Positions 39,575 through 51,928 of a stretch of 64,000 bases of DNA are shown here, piece after piece (the first letter of the stretch is position 1; each line of letters opens with the position of its first letter). Position numbers and translations under genes: made by a program. Where the stretch lies: the NCBI GenBank assembly GCA_963727805.1, contig CAVSHF010000005.1:960001-1024000 (forward strand), read 5' to 3'. The notes beneath the pieces are model-generated. The model searched no databases. It was not told where the DNA came from and worked only from the letters and a program-made list of their open reading frames with translations. This DNA comes from an uncultured Nitrospiraceae bacterium. GTDB lineage: Bacteria > Nitrospirota > Thermodesulfovibrionia > Thermodesulfovibrionales > Dissulfurispiraceae.

Positions 39575-40945
39575 ATGCCTTTTTTTCGACGAATCAGTGA
39601 GGTTCTGAAAGTCCTTTTCATCTATGATGAAAAGGCGCGTGTTGATCTCTTTGACGCGTTTCCGGCATTCAAAAAGTTCTTCCTCAATCGCCACAACCTT
39701 CTCTACCTCCGCACCTTGGGTGATGTCTCCTTCAGCGTCATAATCATCATGGGTCTTTTTGGCCCCCAGGACCCATCGCGCAACGTCTCGCTTTTTTTAG
39801 CGTGGGGGATATGGTGGACAAGCGTCGTAATGAGCTGGTTTTTCATCGGCAAGTTCTGGTGCGGGATCTGCCCTTTCCCCGGCATCGGGCGCGTGTTTCA
39901 GAAACTGGGATTGAGCCTCAATCGTGAACCTTCCATTCTCCTGACAAAATATCGCATTCCATTCGCTCTTATCTTTTTTGCTCTTATAATATGGGCCGAA
40001 TCGGTAACGGATATGAAGAACTGGCCCTTGGGCACCGCACTTCTCCTGTTGAGTATTCTCCTCGGAGCTGCGGTAATGGGGGTAATCTTCAGGGGGCAGT
40101 CCTGGTGCCGTAATCTCTGCCCCATGGGAAAGATTATCGGTACGGCGGCCACTTTATCCATTATCGAATTACGGCCCGACCTGCGGAAATGTAAAACCTG
40201 CAAATCTTTTTACTGCAAAAAGGGAACAAATGATGCAGGGGGATGTCCTGTCTATCTCGGAACTATCAACATCAGAAATAATATTGACTGCCTCATGTGC
40301 GGACGCTGCGTGCATTTATGCGACAAGGATGCCCCTCGCCTGAATCTGAGAAACCCCTTTGTAGAACTTATCATCAACAAGGGTCGTTACATTACCTGTT
40401 CGTATATCATCCCCTTTTTGATGGGCTCACAATTGGCGAGGTTCATGCAACACGCTTCCTGGTATGATCGGGCCGAGTCATGGTTTTTCGGCTCAAACAC
40501 TATGGCTTTTACCGTTTTTTTAGGTCTGGGATTTATCCTTGCTTTGCTCGCAATAAGGATCGGTGCCTGGCTTTTTGGCATAACCGAAGACCCCTCGTTC
40601 GGCAAATTTTCTCCGATGGTACCTGTCCTCGTACCGCTCGCCTTTACCGGAGAATTGGCCTACCGCCTCGATTACTTCCTTGCAAACATGGGGAATGTCC
40701 TGCCCACATTCGGCAGACAGTTCGGATTCAGTCTGGAGCAACTGCAATTTTCGATCTCCCAGCCCGTTATCGAATGGATATGTATGGCGTCGCTTGGGAT
40801 CGGAGCAATCTCTGGCAGCTATGTGCTCCATCTTTTCAATACACGCGACTTCGAAGACGTTATCCCGAAAATGAATTATTACGCCCTGCATGTACTGGTG
40901 TTACTCGTTTTCACGGGCTACGCTGTTTTGATTGGAAAATATTGA
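39575..40945 (+). CDS. Membrane 4Fe-4S binding protein (NapH/MauN-like)
   Basis: WCGICP, WCRNLCP, CLMCGRCVHLC, multiple TMs; start uncertain. Confidence 0.8.
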   Translation: MPFFRRISEVLKVLFIYDEKARVDLFDAFPAFKKFFLNRHNLLYLRTLGDVSFSVIIIMGLFGPQDPSRNVSLFLAWGIWWTSVVMSWFFIGKFWCGICPFPGIGRVFQKLGLSLNREPSILLTKYRIPFALIFFALIIWAESVTDMKNWPLGTALLLLSILLGAAVMGVIFRGQSWCRNLCPMGKIIGTAATLSIIELRPDLRKCKTCKSFYCKKGTNDAGGCPVYLGTINIRNNIDCLMCGRCVHLCDKDAPRLNLRNPFVELIINKGRYITCSYIIPFLMGSQLARFMQHASWYDRAESWFFGSNTMAFTVFLGLGFILALLAIRIGAWLFGITEDPSFGKFSPMVPVLVPLAFTGELAYRLDYFLANMGNVLPTFGRQFGFSLEQLQFSISQPVIEWICMASLGIGAISGSYVLHLFNTRDFEDVIPKMNYYALHVLVLLVFTGYAVLIGKY

Positions 40946-40955
40946 AGGATCGCAA

Positions 40956-41798
40956 TTACAGGCCTTCACCGATAAAGATCCTCTCAATGCCGGCGTAGTC
41001 CTTCACGAAGCTGATATTCTTGAACCCATGCTGTGCGGCAAGTCGCCGGATACAGTCCGCCTGATCAAAGCCGATTTCAAGGATAACAAAGCTGTTTTTT
41101 TTGAGGTGGCGTGGAGCTTTATCCATTATCCTGCGATAAAAATCGAGGCCATCTTCGCCGCCATCGAGCGCCTCAATAGGTTCATAGCCAATCTCCTTCT
41201 GAAGTCTGGAGATGTCATTTGTTCTGATATAGGGAGGGTTCGAGATAATGCAGTCGAATCGTGCATCAGCGCTAAGCGGATTGAAGAGATCTCCTTTAAT
41301 GAAAACGGCATTCCCGATGCCATTACACTGAGCGTTTCTGAGCGCATAAGAAAGCGCCTTTTCAGACCTGTCGATTCCGAGCACAACAGCACGCTGAATT
41401 TCCTTTGCGAGGGTAAGAGCGATACATCCACTCCCCGTGCAAAGGTCAAGGACTACAAGGCTTCCGTCTCGTGCTGTTATCAATCTTATTGCTTCTTCGA
41501 CCATTAGCTCGGTCTCGGGTCTCGGAATGAGGACGCCTTTACCGACATCTATTCTCAGTCCGAAAAAGTCGACATGGCCGATGATGTAGTGTAGGGGCTC
41601 GCCCTGAATGCGTCTCTCAGCAAACAAATCGAGTTCTTGAGAGATTTTTTCATCGATCTCAAAGGTACTGGCATGAAGAGCTGCTTTATCTATACTAAGG
41701 GTTTCGGTAAGGAGGGTGGCTGCTTCTCTAGCATGGTCTTCGATGCCTTCTCTTTTAAAAAGCAGTGAAAGTTCCTTCAGCTTGGCTAAAGCCGTCAC
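40956..41798 (-). CDS. prmC: Release factor glutamine methyltransferase
   Basis: [20 protein letters not shown]; follows prfA. Confidence 0.95.
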   Translation of the reverse strand: MTALAKLKELSLLFKREGIEDHAREAATLLTETLSIDKAALHASTFEIDEKISQELDLFAERRIQGEPLHYIIGHVDFFGLRIDVGKGVLIPRPETELMVEEAIRLITARDGSLVVLDLCTGSGCIALTLAKEIQRAVVLGIDRSEKALSYALRNAQCNGIGNAVFIKGDLFNPLSADARFDCIISNPPYIRTNDISRLQKEIGYEPIEALDGGEDGLDFYRRIMDKAPRHLKKNSFVILEIGFDQADCIRRLAAQHGFKNISFVKDYAGIERIFIGEGL

Positions 41799-42856
41799 AG
41801 CTCTTTAAGCTTCTCCGTCTGATAATGTGTGCTCAGAGCATCGATCATCTCATCGAGGTCCCCTTCCAATACTTGTTCGAGTCGATGGAGTGTAAGGCCG
41901 ATGCGATGGTCCGTCACCCTGTTCTGCGGATAATTATAGGTGCGGATACGCTCGCTCCGATCACCGCTGCCCACCTGCGTCTTACGCTCTGCTGCGCGCT
42001 CTTTATCCTTCTTCTCGGTCTCGATCTCAAACAGTCTCGACCTAAGTACTTTCATCGCCTTCTCGCGGTTCTTGATCTGGGAACGTTCGTCCTGGCACTG
42101 CACGACCGTATTGGTCGGGATGTGGGTAATACGCACCGCCGAATAGGTAGTATTGACGCCTTGGCCGCCGGGCCCCGAGGCGCAGAAGGTATCCACACGG
42201 AGGTCTTTCTCTTCGACCCTGATATCCACATCCTCAGCTTCAGGAAGGACCGCCACAGTGGCAGCTGATGTATGGATACGTCCCGAGGCTTCAGTCGACG
42301 GCACTCGCTGCACGCGGTGAACTCCACTTTCGTACTTGAGTCGGCTGTACGCGCCTTTACCGATGATGCTGGCGACGATCTCTTTCAGCCCTCCAAGCCC
42401 GGTGGGGTTCGAGTCGATCACCTCAATTTTCCATCGTCGGGCCTCAGAATATTTTGAATACATCCTAAAAAGGGAAGCGGCAAAAAGGGCAGCCTCTTCT
42501 CCCCCAGTCCCTCCCCTAATTTCGAGGATAACGTTCCTGTCGTCTCTGGGGTCCTTAGGCAGAAGCATCAGTTTAAGCTCGGCTTCAAGGTTCGGCTTTC
42601 TCTTTTTCAGCTCTTCAAGCTCCTGCTGGGCCAGTTCCCTAATGTCGCTGTCACCGCCCTTGGTCAACTCCTCAGCGTCTTGAATCTCACTCAGCACCCT
42701 TTTATAGTCCTGGATCTTCTCGCAGATGGGCCGGAGGTCAGACTGCTCCTTTGAATGCTTCTGGTATTCAAGGTTATTGGAAAGCACCTCGGGCTTCATA
42801 AGTGTCGCTGTGATCTCTTCATATTTTTGCTCTATCGATAAAAGCTTCTCTAACAT
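41795..42856 (-). CDS. prfA: Peptide chain release factor 1
   Basis: GGQ motif, PST specificity loop, IRTYNYPQ. Confidence 0.97.
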   Translation of the reverse strand: MLEKLLSIEQKYEEITATLMKPEVLSNNLEYQKHSKEQSDLRPICEKIQDYKRVLSEIQDAEELTKGGDSDIRELAQQELEELKKRKPNLEAELKLMLLPKDPRDDRNVILEIRGGTGGEEAALFAASLFRMYSKYSEARRWKIEVIDSNPTGLGGLKEIVASIIGKGAYSRLKYESGVHRVQRVPSTEASGRIHTSAATVAVLPEAEDVDIRVEEKDLRVDTFCASGPGGQGVNTTYSAVRITHIPTNTVVQCQDERSQIKNREKAMKVLRSRLFEIETEKKDKERAAERKTQVGSGDRSERIRTYNYPQNRVTDHRIGLTLHRLEQVLEGDLDEMIDALSTHYQTEKLKEL

Positions 42857-43755
42857 TGCCCGCATCCCTCTTTTATTGATTCCTCCATCTTTAAAACCTC
42901 GTTCAGGGCCGCAATAGCCACTTCGATCTGTGAATCATCGGGCTCTTTGGCGGTCATCCTCTGCAGAAGGAGACCGGGAAGGATAATGACCCCCATCGCT
43001 GGATGGTCTTTTAGTCGTGCCGTAAGCTTCAGAACCTCAAATGAAACTCCCGCAAGGACTGGAAGCAGAAATATCCTGGCAATAAGTTTCTGCAGAAAAC
43101 CCCAGTCCTGGGGTATGAACATGAAAGTGATGATGCTAATAATCATAACTATTAACAGAAAGCTCGTGCCACAGCGAGGATGGTATGGTTTATATTTGCG
43201 CGCATTTTCGACCGTGCATTCCTCTCCCGCCTCAAAGGCATAGATGACCTTATGCTCAGCACCATGGTATTCAAATATCCTTTTCATCTCCTTCCAAAAA
43301 CCGATTGCATAAACATATAAGAGGAAAATGCAGACTCTGGTTATGCCGTCAACCGCATTGAAGAGAAGGGAACTCTTTGCAACTTCTTCATAAACATTCC
43401 CGATAAGGGTCGCAACGAGCAGGGGAAGGAATTTGAAAAGTGCAATGGCCACGACAAGTGCTGCGCCGATGGACAAGCCAATACTCCAGGTGCTGAGAGG
43501 TTTTTCGCTTATATCGTCTCCCTCCCGATAAGCGACACTGCCTGAAAATTCTATCGCTTTAATGCCTATTATAAGTGCTTGCAGCAGCGCCACCGCCCCC
43601 CTGACAAAGGGAAGTTTGAAGAGCGGATACGTTTTCTTCGTCCTGACGGTCTTGAAGTTGATCTCCCCCTTAGGGTCGCGCACCGCAACGCTCCATCCCG
43701 AGGTGGACTTCATCATCACCCCTTCGATAACCGCCTGACCACCTACTGTTTTCAT
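42850..43755 (-). CDS. DUF1385 membrane protein
   Basis: [26 protein letters not shown]. Confidence 0.92.
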   Translation of the reverse strand: MKTVGGQAVIEGVMMKSTSGWSVAVRDPKGEINFKTVRTKKTYPLFKLPFVRGAVALLQALIIGIKAIEFSGSVAYREGDDISEKPLSTWSIGLSIGAALVVAIALFKFLPLLVATLIGNVYEEVAKSSLLFNAVDGITRVCIFLLYVYAIGFWKEMKRIFEYHGAEHKVIYAFEAGEECTVENARKYKPYHPRCGTSFLLIVMIISIITFMFIPQDWGFLQKLIARIFLLPVLAGVSFEVLKLTARLKDHPAMGVIILPGLLLQRMTAKEPDDSQIEVAIAALNEVLKMEESIKEGCGQC

Positions 43756-43856
43756 TATCTATTTTATCCTTTTAATCTATGGGGTCTTTTTACCAATAAA
43801 AAAGGGTTAGAATTTAGAGGTTCTCTAATCCCTAACCCTGAAACTTATTTACTCAG

Positions 43857-44057
43857 CTACTTTTTCGCGTATTTCTTCTTGAACTTCTCTACCCTGCCCT
43901 CAGCGTCGAGGATCTTCTCGCGGCCGGTGAAGAAGGGATGGCATTTCGAGCAGATGTCTACCTTGATTGCATTCATGGTCGAGCGAGTCACGAAAGCCTC
44001 TCCACATGCGCAGGACACCTTGCTCTCTTTATAATTGGGATGTATCTTCTCTTTCAA
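43857..44057 (-). CDS. rpmE: 50S ribosomal protein L31 (Zn-binding type)
   Basis: [19 protein letters not shown]. Confidence 0.96.
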   Translation of the reverse strand: MKEKIHPNYKESKVSCACGEAFVTRSTMNAIKVDICSKCHPFFTGREKILDAEGRVEKFKKKYAKK

Positions 44058-44117
44058 TGTAGTGCCTCCTCACGGTGAATTTTGAATTATTATTATACTT
44101 AATAAGCAGCAAACTTA

Positions 44118-44753
44118 TCAAGATTTGGTATGATCACCGGCGCCTAACCCTTTTCCCGGATCGAGCATTCTTATTTCCAGCACTTTTGCAACTACGATAC
44201 CGACAATCGCACCAGCCATCACATCGGCAGGAAAATGAGAGGTCCCGTCGATCCTGGCGAGGCCTTCAACCGCAGCAAAAAAATAAAATAGAATCCAATA
44301 ACTCGGATAGTAGCGCGAGAGAATAGCCGCCAGACAGAAGGCCATGGCACTATGCCCTGAAGGGAAAGAGTCATATCCGCCCATCAATGAAGGTCCGATT
44401 ATGACCAGGCTGTCGGATACTCTGGGTCTGGCCCTGCCGATAATGTGCTTGAATATCTGGACGCTTAGACCCGAAACGATCAGGCCGACAAGAATGGACT
44501 TCCCTGCTTTGTAAAATCTCCGATTGACATATCTGCCGAACAGACAAAACAGAAATGCACCCGCGATCATAGTCGTTCCGTGAGCCGCATAATACATTAC
44601 GCGGTCGACCGCTCTCAGTATGCGGTCGAAATCAGGGTGGGCATCGTGAAAAAATCTCACCCATGTGAGCACTTGCTCGTCACAATAAAATAGAACAAAA
44701 GGCGTTAATATAGCGATAGAAATAAGTATCTTATTCTCTTTCAAGGAGCACAT
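44118..44753 (-). CDS. PAP2-family phosphatase
   Basis: KHIIGRARP, SFPSGH, RIDGTSHFPADV. Confidence 0.88.
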   Translation of the reverse strand: MCSLKENKILISIAILTPFVLFYCDEQVLTWVRFFHDAHPDFDRILRAVDRVMYYAAHGTTMIAGAFLFCLFGRYVNRRFYKAGKSILVGLIVSGLSVQIFKHIIGRARPRVSDSLVIIGPSLMGGYDSFPSGHSAMAFCLAAILSRYYPSYWILFYFFAAVEGLARIDGTSHFPADVMAGAIVGIVVAKVLEIRMLDPGKGLGAGDHTKS

Positions 44754-46266
44754 ATTCCTTATCCGTATCGCAAACGATCAGGCCGAACTGCTTCAACCGT
44801 TCGGCATCTTTTGCTTTGGCAATGACTATTCGTCCCTTGCCTTCTGCGATGAGTTTCTGAAGTGTGTCGATTCCACCGGCCATGGCAACTTTATGCCCCG
44901 AATAGAAGACTATGCTAGGCTTATTGAGGCCATATGCGATAATACGCTCATCATCGTGTGCTTTTACTTTTCCATACATGCTGTATTTGTACAGGGCGCC
45001 CTGAAGATAGTCGCTCGCCATGGGCAGCACCGTTACCACCAGAGTCATCAGAAAGATGAACATAACTGTGGACATCACTCCGTACAGAGGCCGCGCCGTA
45101 AAGACGACATAGAAACACAAGGCAGCCATCGCCAGCACAATAACAGCAACAATCGACATCCAGCCTGTCGCAGTAATCCCCTTTTGTGAAAGATAGGGTG
45201 GTAAAAAAACAAAGGCCAATCCTGCAGCGGCCGTAACCATCCCAATGAAGCCCCAGGCCGAACGCTTCCACCGCATGCCGTCTTCTGTCATGCCTGAGGC
45301 AATGAGTATCGCTGCAGCTGGGACCGCGGAGAGAATATAGTCGGGGAGCTTGGTCGTTGCAAAAGAAAAGAAGAATACGATAAAGGCTAGCCATATACCA
45401 GAAAAAAGAAGCAGCGAGTCTCTGTCTTTGAATAGCTTACTGATGCCAGCGGGTAGGAATGCAACCCATGGGAAAAGGCCCACAATAAGAGCTGCGAAAT
45501 AATAATAGAAAGGACCTTTATGCCCAGATATGACCTCGGTATATCTCTTGAAATGATGTTTTAAGAAAAACTGCTCGACAAATTCGTTACCCTGAATATC
45601 ATACTCGGCTGCGTACCACGGCACGCCGATTACCAGGAAGAGAACAGCCGCCTTGAAATGAAGCATCTTCCTGACTCCGCCGATACCCTCTGTCACGAGA
45701 AGGAAAATGAGCGCTATGGCAGCCGGGAAGATGATCCCGATAAGCCCCTTGGTAAGAAACGCCAATGCCGAAAATGAGTAGAAGCCATAAATAAAGCGTC
45801 TGTCATGCTTAAGTGAAAGATAAAAGCAGAATAATGACAGCGTAATAAAGAGTGTCAAAACCATGTCGGTAACCGCAGAACGGGAATAGATAAAGTAATA
45901 TGTGCTCAGCACCATCGACAGCACAGCATATATGGCTTTCGACACGCCTAAAAAATGCCTGACGAAAAAGAAGAGGGCCGCAGCCAGCAGGCATCCGGCA
46001 AATGCCGACGGAAACCTCGCGCCGAATTCATTGATACCGAAGGCCTTGTATGAAAGGGCCATCATCCAATAAAAGAATATTGGCTTGTCATACCGGACAT
46101 CACCGTTATAGGTCGTGGTTATATAGTCTCCGCTCTGGACCATCTCTTTCGTCGCCTCGGCAAATACAGCCTCGTCGACATCGAACAGCAGTACGGATCC
46201 CAGCCGGAACAGCGATACGAAGAGCACAATGGCAAAGACGAGCAGGATCAAACAGGATTTATTCAT
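44731..46266 (-). CDS. ArnT/PMT-family GT-C glycosyltransferase
   Basis: DVDE, DKPIFFYW, ARFPSA, LTKG, TKLPDY. Confidence 0.88.
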   Translation of the reverse strand: MNKSCLILLVFAIVLFVSLFRLGSVLLFDVDEAVFAEATKEMVQSGDYITTTYNGDVRYDKPIFFYWMMALSYKAFGINEFGARFPSAFAGCLLAAALFFFVRHFLGVSKAIYAVLSMVLSTYYFIYSRSAVTDMVLTLFITLSLFCFYLSLKHDRRFIYGFYSFSALAFLTKGLIGIIFPAAIALIFLLVTEGIGGVRKMLHFKAAVLFLVIGVPWYAAEYDIQGNEFVEQFFLKHHFKRYTEVISGHKGPFYYYFAALIVGLFPWVAFLPAGISKLFKDRDSLLLFSGIWLAFIVFFFSFATTKLPDYILSAVPAAAILIASGMTEDGMRWKRSAWGFIGMVTAAAGLAFVFLPPYLSQKGITATGWMSIVAVIVLAMAALCFYVVFTARPLYGVMSTVMFIFLMTLVVTVLPMASDYLQGALYKYSMYGKVKAHDDERIIAYGLNKPSIVFYSGHKVAMAGGIDTLQKLIAEGKGRIVIAKAKDAERLKQFGLIVCDTDKEYVLLERE

Positions 46267-46350
46267 GCATGATGATACATGTTCCTTCAAAAGCATGACT
46301 TTTATTATAATTGTTCCGGTGGAGAAAAGTAAGCAAAAGACAAAACAAAA

Positions 46351-46382
46351 AAAACCGGCAGGAGAAAACCCCTGCCGGTTTT
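46351..46382 (-). terminator. Rho-independent terminator after hppA
   Basis: AAACCGGCAGG / CCTGCCGGTTT stem with A/T tails. Confidence 0.75.
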
Positions 46383-46396
46383 GCGATACTTAAAAA

Positions 46397-48475
46397 CTAT
46401 CTACCATACTTGATCAAGATCGGAGCAATCAGCAGAGCTACGATGTTGATAACCTTGATCATCGGGTTGATAGCCGGGCCTGCGGTGTCCTTGTAAGGAT
46501 CTCCGACGGTGTCACCCGTAACAGCAGCTTTATGTCCATCACTGCCTTTCTTATGCAGAACACCCTTGTCATCGGTGACGCCATCTTCAAAGGCTTTCTT
46601 GCCGTTGTCCCACGCGCCGCCGCCACTTGTCATGGCGATGGCCTGGAAGAGACCAGTAAGGATACAGCCGATGAGCATGCCGCCGAGTGCTTCCTTGCCA
46701 AGGATAAAGCCGACAAGGATCGGTGCTATAACCGGAATCAGCGCAGGCAACATCATCTCCTTGATGGCAGACTTGGTTACGATATCAACGCACTTTCCGT
46801 ATTCCGGCTTTCCGGTGCCTTCCATAATGCCCGGGATCTCGCGGAACTGTCTGCGAACCTCGACAACAACGCCGCCAGCAGCCCTACCGACCGCCAGCAT
46901 GAGCAGGCCGCCGTAATAGTACGGGATAAGGCCGCCGAGGAAGAGACCGGCGATGATCATCGGGTTCGACAGGTCGAACATGATAGCGCCCGGGAACGAA
47001 CGTGAATACTCGGCAAACAGAACGAGTGCTGCAAGTGCCGCAGAGCCGATAGCATAGCCCTTCGTAACAGCCTTGGTGGTGTTGCCGACTGCGTCGAGAG
47101 GGTCGGTGATTGCACGAACGCTCTCCGGGAGGTGTGCCATTTCAGCAATACCGCCGGCGTTGTCCGTGATCGGACCATAAGAGTCAATCGCAACAACAAT
47201 ACCTGTCATCGAGAGCATCGAGACAGCTGAGAGTGCTATAGCAAAAAGACCGACTCCCGGGTTACCGTCAAAACCGTGGCCTAGGTAGTAGGCCCCAAGA
47301 ATAGATGCAACGATCGTAAGGGCAGGAAGCGCAGTCGCTTCCATACTCATAGCGAGACCGGCGATAACATTCGTGCCGTGGCCGGTAAGAGATGCCTTAG
47401 CAATAATCTGTACTGGACGGTAGTCCTTCGCGGTGTAGTACTCAGTGATCCAGACTATGAGACCGGTGAGAACCAGACCGATAACTGCAGTAAAAAATAC
47501 CCTGCTAACGCTCATTACCTGTTCCCCCACCGGGATGAGAGTGAAGAACCATGTTGTTGCGAAATAGAATACGACAGCTGCCAGGACACCAGCAACCGCC
47601 AATCCCTTGTAGAGCGCGCCCATGATGTACTCGCTGTTCTTACCCATTCTGACGGCGTACGTTCCGATAATCGAGGCGATAATTGAGATACCGCCGAGCA
47701 TCATCGGAAACTCAACCCAGAGACTTCCTGCGCCAAAGACGGTCTTTGCGAGCAGCATTGCTGCAACGAGTGTAACGGTATAGGTTTCATACAAGTCAGC
47801 TGCCATACCGGCGCAGTCACCGACGTTGTCACCGACGTTGTCAGCGATAACAGCAGGGTTGCGCGGATCGTCTTCGGGAATGCCTGCTTCGACCTTACCG
47901 ACTAGGTCGGCGCCGACGTCAGCAGCCTTGGTATAAATGCCGCCGGCGATACGGGCAAAGACGCTCATGAGAGAGCAGCCGAAGCCAAGGCCGATCAGTG
48001 CATGGAACGCTGTGTCAACGTCAACTGCCCCTTTGGCAACCGTATAGAAGATGGCGAGGCCGAGCAGGGCGAGGCCAACGACCATAACGCCGGTAACAGA
48101 ACCGCCCTTGAATGCAACCGAAAGGGCTGGCCCAAGTCCTTTCTTGGCAGCTTCCGCGGTGCGTACGTTCGACATAACGCAAACTACCATGCCGAAGTAT
48201 CCTGCGAACGCGGAGCCGGCAGTACCAATAATGAATCCAAGTGCTGTCCACATGCCAAGTGAAACAAAGAGAAGAACAAACATTACGACAGCAACCATTG
48301 CAACGGTCTTGTACTCTCTGGCAAGAAACGCTTGTGCGCCTTCCTTGACTGCATCGGAGATCTCGATCATTTTCTGAGATCCGGTCGGCTGACTACGTAC
48401 CCATGATTTGGTAACAAATGAATAAACAATTCCTAATGCACCGCAAATAAGGGCAAAAATAACTATTGGTGACAT
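46397..48475 (-). CDS. hppA: Membrane-bound H+-translocating pyrophosphatase, K+-independent type
   Basis: [33 protein letters not shown]. Confidence 0.95.
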   Translation of the reverse strand: MSPIVIFALICGALGIVYSFVTKSWVRSQPTGSQKMIEISDAVKEGAQAFLAREYKTVAMVAVVMFVLLFVSLGMWTALGFIIGTAGSAFAGYFGMVVCVMSNVRTAEAAKKGLGPALSVAFKGGSVTGVMVVGLALLGLAIFYTVAKGAVDVDTAFHALIGLGFGCSLMSVFARIAGGIYTKAADVGADLVGKVEAGIPEDDPRNPAVIADNVGDNVGDCAGMAADLYETYTVTLVAAMLLAKTVFGAGSLWVEFPMMLGGISIIASIIGTYAVRMGKNSEYIMGALYKGLAVAGVLAAVVFYFATTWFFTLIPVGEQVMSVSRVFFTAVIGLVLTGLIVWITEYYTAKDYRPVQIIAKASLTGHGTNVIAGLAMSMEATALPALTIVASILGAYYLGHGFDGNPGVGLFAIALSAVSMLSMTGIVVAIDSYGPITDNAGGIAEMAHLPESVRAITDPLDAVGNTTKAVTKGYAIGSAALAALVLFAEYSRSFPGAIMFDLSNPMIIAGLFLGGLIPYYYGGLLMLAVGRAAGGVVVEVRRQFREIPGIMEGTGKPEYGKCVDIVTKSAIKEMMLPALIPVIAPILVGFILGKEALGGMLIGCILTGLFQAIAMTSGGGAWDNGKKAFEDGVTDDKGVLHKKGSDGHKAAVTGDTVGDPYKDTAGPAINPMIKVINIVALLIAPILIKYGR

Positions 48476-48637
48476 CCCTTTTTTATCCTCCTTATGATTT
48501 TGTTACTTCTTGTGATCCTGCTACTAAGACAGTTGCAATACTGATTTACCTGTCCCCCCCTTCACCTCCTTCAATATACTTTCGCTCACCCGAAGAGCGA
48601 GCCATTTATAAGTAAACTTCTAAAACTCGCTAATTTA

Positions 48638-49762
48638 TCATTCCCTGCCGGCATGGCGCGCAAAAACCATCGCCATAGTCCTGTAAACCATATGTGCCAT
48701 CTTCGAAAAGGGTGCATAAGCAAAAAGAACGAAGATAAACACCAAATGAGCGAAATACATTATATAGGCAAATACCGCTGCATTTGCAAGTCTGACGACC
48801 TCGGCAAGTATTCCTGTCACGCACACGCCAGAAATAACAGCGATCAAAAACCAATCGAAATAGCTTCCAATCCCGGACTTTGCCTGGTTTTTCATTCGGT
48901 TGGTGATCATATACGTGATGCCCACGAGTAGGCCTATGGCGCTCGAATTACCGATAATCTTAAGGATGTTGGTCTGTGGATACGGCATCTCCCACTTGAG
49001 TCCGTAAACATAGAAAACACCAAGAGAGGTTGTGATCGCCAACCCTATAAAGGAATAGAAAACGAGCAGGTGAGAAACTTTCCTTTCCTTTGAGACACCG
49101 CAGAGGCTGAACTTCTTGTGAGTAAAGATATCGATGAGCGTATCTTTTATGCTCGCAAACAGATCTCCTCCAGCAACTCCGCCCATACCCGCTGCCATTG
49201 CCGACCAATACCTGGTAATGCCCAGGACAAAGACTAGAGCTGCGAAGGCTGCGGTCGGTACCATAACGATGTCGACATAGATGTCTGGGATGAACTCAGG
49301 AAAAGCGATCTTACCGTCAGAATTCAACTCTATCGCACTCAGGTCCAGATGCCCAATGGCACCGAGTATCCCGAGGAAGATCACTATCGGGATTGCAAAG
49401 AGCAGAAGCATATACTTAGGGTCCGCTGTCAATTCAGCCAAGAAACGAGGCGCCGAATATTCCTTAATGGCCACCTTCCTTACAGCGCCGAGAACCTCGC
49501 CCGGCTTCGCCCCCCTCGGACAGTAGGCAGTGCAATCGCTGCACTGATGACATAGCCATATGTCAGGGTTGGTCATTAGCTGGTCCTTCATCCCCCACTG
49601 GGCATGCAGCATCTCCTTCCGGGGGAAAGGCTTCTTATCCTGGGTGACTTCGCAAACGACGGTGCAGGTTGAGCACTGATAACACTTCTTCAGCGAATCA
49701 GCGCCGGCCGCAATAACTTCTTTGACAAAATTCAGATCGGGACTTACTATCTGTTCAGCCAT
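48638..49762 (-). CDS. qmoC: QmoC membrane subunit
   Basis: CYQCSTC and CHQCSDCTAYCP plus cytochrome b-type TM domain with His ligands. Confidence 0.93.
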   Translation of the reverse strand: MAEQIVSPDLNFVKEVIAAGADSLKKCYQCSTCTVVCEVTQDKKPFPRKEMLHAQWGMKDQLMTNPDIWLCHQCSDCTAYCPRGAKPGEVLGAVRKVAIKEYSAPRFLAELTADPKYMLLLFAIPIVIFLGILGAIGHLDLSAIELNSDGKIAFPEFIPDIYVDIVMVPTAAFAALVFVLGITRYWSAMAAGMGGVAGGDLFASIKDTLIDIFTHKKFSLCGVSKERKVSHLLVFYSFIGLAITTSLGVFYVYGLKWEMPYPQTNILKIIGNSSAIGLLVGITYMITNRMKNQAKSGIGSYFDWFLIAVISGVCVTGILAEVVRLANAAVFAYIMYFAHLVFIFVLFAYAPFSKMAHMVYRTMAMVFARHAGRE

Positions 49763-49786
49763 GTATCTATCCCTCCTAAAGAAACC

Positions 49787-51922
49787 TTATTTGAATGGAT
49801 TAGGTCCGATTACCTTGACCTTATCCACGAAGTCAGTAATTATCTGTGGCAAATTGCCGTATTCATCTATGGCTATCTGTACCAGTGCTACCCTGTCGGC
49901 TTCGAGTTGTAACTTGTCCAGGGTCTCACGGACTTTGCCAAAACGATAGTTCGCAAGTTCGCTGCCCTTTGCCATGTGGCACTGATAATTCTCACCATAC
50001 TTACATCCCAGCACGAGCATGCCGTCGATGCCTCGAGAGAAAGCATCAGCGATCCAGACCAGGTTCATAGAACCGAGGCACCTGAGCTGGATAAAACGTA
50101 CGGCAGTATCTATCTTCTGGTGCTGAAGTGCCGCTGTATCGAGCGCTGGATAGGCATCGTTTTCGCAGCACATAACAATGATCCTCGGTTGCTCTTCGTC
50201 ACGGGGAATAGAGACGGACTTCAGCATCGCCCCGATCATATCTACATGGAAGTCCTTGAAGGAAACTATCCTTTCAGGACAGGCCCCCATGCAGGTGCCG
50301 CATCTCCGGCAGCGACCGATCTTATAAAATGGAGTGCCTTTCTCATCCTCGTCGATGGCTCCAAAGGGGCATTCCTCAGTACAGCGCTTGCAAGACGTAC
50401 ATTTCGTCATAAATGGGTCGGGATATGTGAGGTCCCACGCCCTTGGATGGACTGCCATACCGACAGCCACATGTTCATTGGACTGTATCGCTTTGAGAGC
50501 AGCGCCAGATGCATCTTCCTGTGCCTCAGCCATATTCATGGGCTGCCGTACCGCACCAGCAGCATACACGCCGGTCCTGCGCGTCTCATACTGGAAGCAG
50601 ATAAAGTTTGAATCGGCAAAGCCGTTGAAGAGATCAAGATCGGGAAGGCCCGGCCCCTGCCGGTAACCGAGATTCAAAACAGGGTCCTCGAGAGTGGCAG
50701 GTACCATGCCTGTTGCCAGCACCACGAGGTCAGCCTCTACGGTAACATCGCCCAAGAGGGATTCCTGCATCTCGATGTAGACATTGTCATAGGCAGCTTC
50801 GGTCATCCCTTTCACTTCGCACTTGGTGAGCATGATACCGGGATCGTTCTGGGCTTCCTTGTAGTAGTATTCAAGCCTTCCGGGTGTCCGGATGTCTTTA
50901 TAAAGGATCATCGCAACAGCATCATCATCCTGGCGCACATACTTGGCTTGTTTGAGAGAGGTTGCGCAGCACATCGCAGAACAATACGGAAGGTGATTCG
51001 GGTCTCTCTGCCCGGCGCACTGAATAAAGGCGACCTTTTTTGCAGGCCTGTTGTCCGAGGGTCTCAGAATCTTACCCTTCTTAGCGATCTCTTCGAATTG
51101 GATGTTCGTAACGACATTCTTGAGCTTGCCATATCCCAAATGTCCGAGCTTTTTTGCATCATAGGGTTTCCATCCGGCAGCTAGGATGATCGATCCGATT
51201 TTGATCGTCTCTGTTTTATCGCCGGTGGAGATTGTCACATCGAAAGCGCCCGGCATACCGTCGCTCTTTTCGACCTTTGAAGATTTATAGACCTTGATAT
51301 TGGGATTGGTCTCGACCTCTTTGATCATCTCGTCGATATTTGTATCGACAATGAGGGGTTCCTTATAGTAGTCGGAGGTCGGGATCTTTTTATAGAGCTT
51401 GTTGGCGAAACCGCCGAGATTGGCCTCTTTTTCGACAAGAGAAACCTGGTATCCCATACTGGCAGCATCCAAAGCAGCCTTCATTCCAGAGACGCCGCCG
51501 CCGATAACAAGTATCGTCTTTACAGTCTCCATTTTGTACGGCTCGGGGAGATCTCCTTTTTGGGTCTTTATGTAACTCATCTTTATGTAATCTTCAGCAG
51601 CCGATTGCGCCTCGGGTGAACCCGCTTCCTGGGTCCAAACGGCCAGTTCGCGAATCGGAACTCGCTCGACGATGCAGCCCGGAAAATCGAACTCCTCGAA
51701 TTTCACGCGAGGCGAGCAGGCAGCCAGCACCAGAGTATTGACTCCCTCGGCTGCGATATCGTTCTTTATCAGCTCGATGCCCTCATTTCCGCAAAGAGCG
51801 AAGTGGCTTTTGATGACCGGGATCTTGAGGGAATTTTTCGCGATAGTGGTCATCTTCTCGACATTTACGGATTCTCCGATCGAGCAACCTGTGCATATAT
51901 AAAGTGCGTATTTCTTATCCAT
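49787..51922 (-). CDS. qmoB: QmoB (HdrA-like plus MvhD-like domain)
   Basis: IGGGVSG, IQCAGQRD, CSAMCC, two 4Fe-4S motifs, CENDAYPA. Confidence 0.93.
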   Translation of the reverse strand: MDKKYALYICTGCSIGESVNVEKMTTIAKNSLKIPVIKSHFALCGNEGIELIKNDIAAEGVNTLVLAACSPRVKFEEFDFPGCIVERVPIRELAVWTQEAGSPEAQSAAEDYIKMSYIKTQKGDLPEPYKMETVKTILVIGGGVSGMKAALDAASMGYQVSLVEKEANLGGFANKLYKKIPTSDYYKEPLIVDTNIDEMIKEVETNPNIKVYKSSKVEKSDGMPGAFDVTISTGDKTETIKIGSIILAAGWKPYDAKKLGHLGYGKLKNVVTNIQFEEIAKKGKILRPSDNRPAKKVAFIQCAGQRDPNHLPYCSAMCCATSLKQAKYVRQDDDAVAMILYKDIRTPGRLEYYYKEAQNDPGIMLTKCEVKGMTEAAYDNVYIEMQESLLGDVTVEADLVVLATGMVPATLEDPVLNLGYRQGPGLPDLDLFNGFADSNFICFQYETRRTGVYAAGAVRQPMNMAEAQEDASGAALKAIQSNEHVAVGMAVHPRAWDLTYPDPFMTKCTSCKRCTEECPFGAIDEDEKGTPFYKIGRCRRCGTCMGACPERIVSFKDFHVDMIGAMLKSVSIPRDEEQPRIIVMCCENDAYPALDTAALQHQKIDTAVRFIQLRCLGSMNLVWIADAFSRGIDGMLVLGCKYGENYQCHMAKGSELANYRFGKVRETLDKLQLEADRVALVQIAIDEYGNLPQIITDFVDKVKVIGPNPFK

Positions 51923-51928
51923 CTCGAA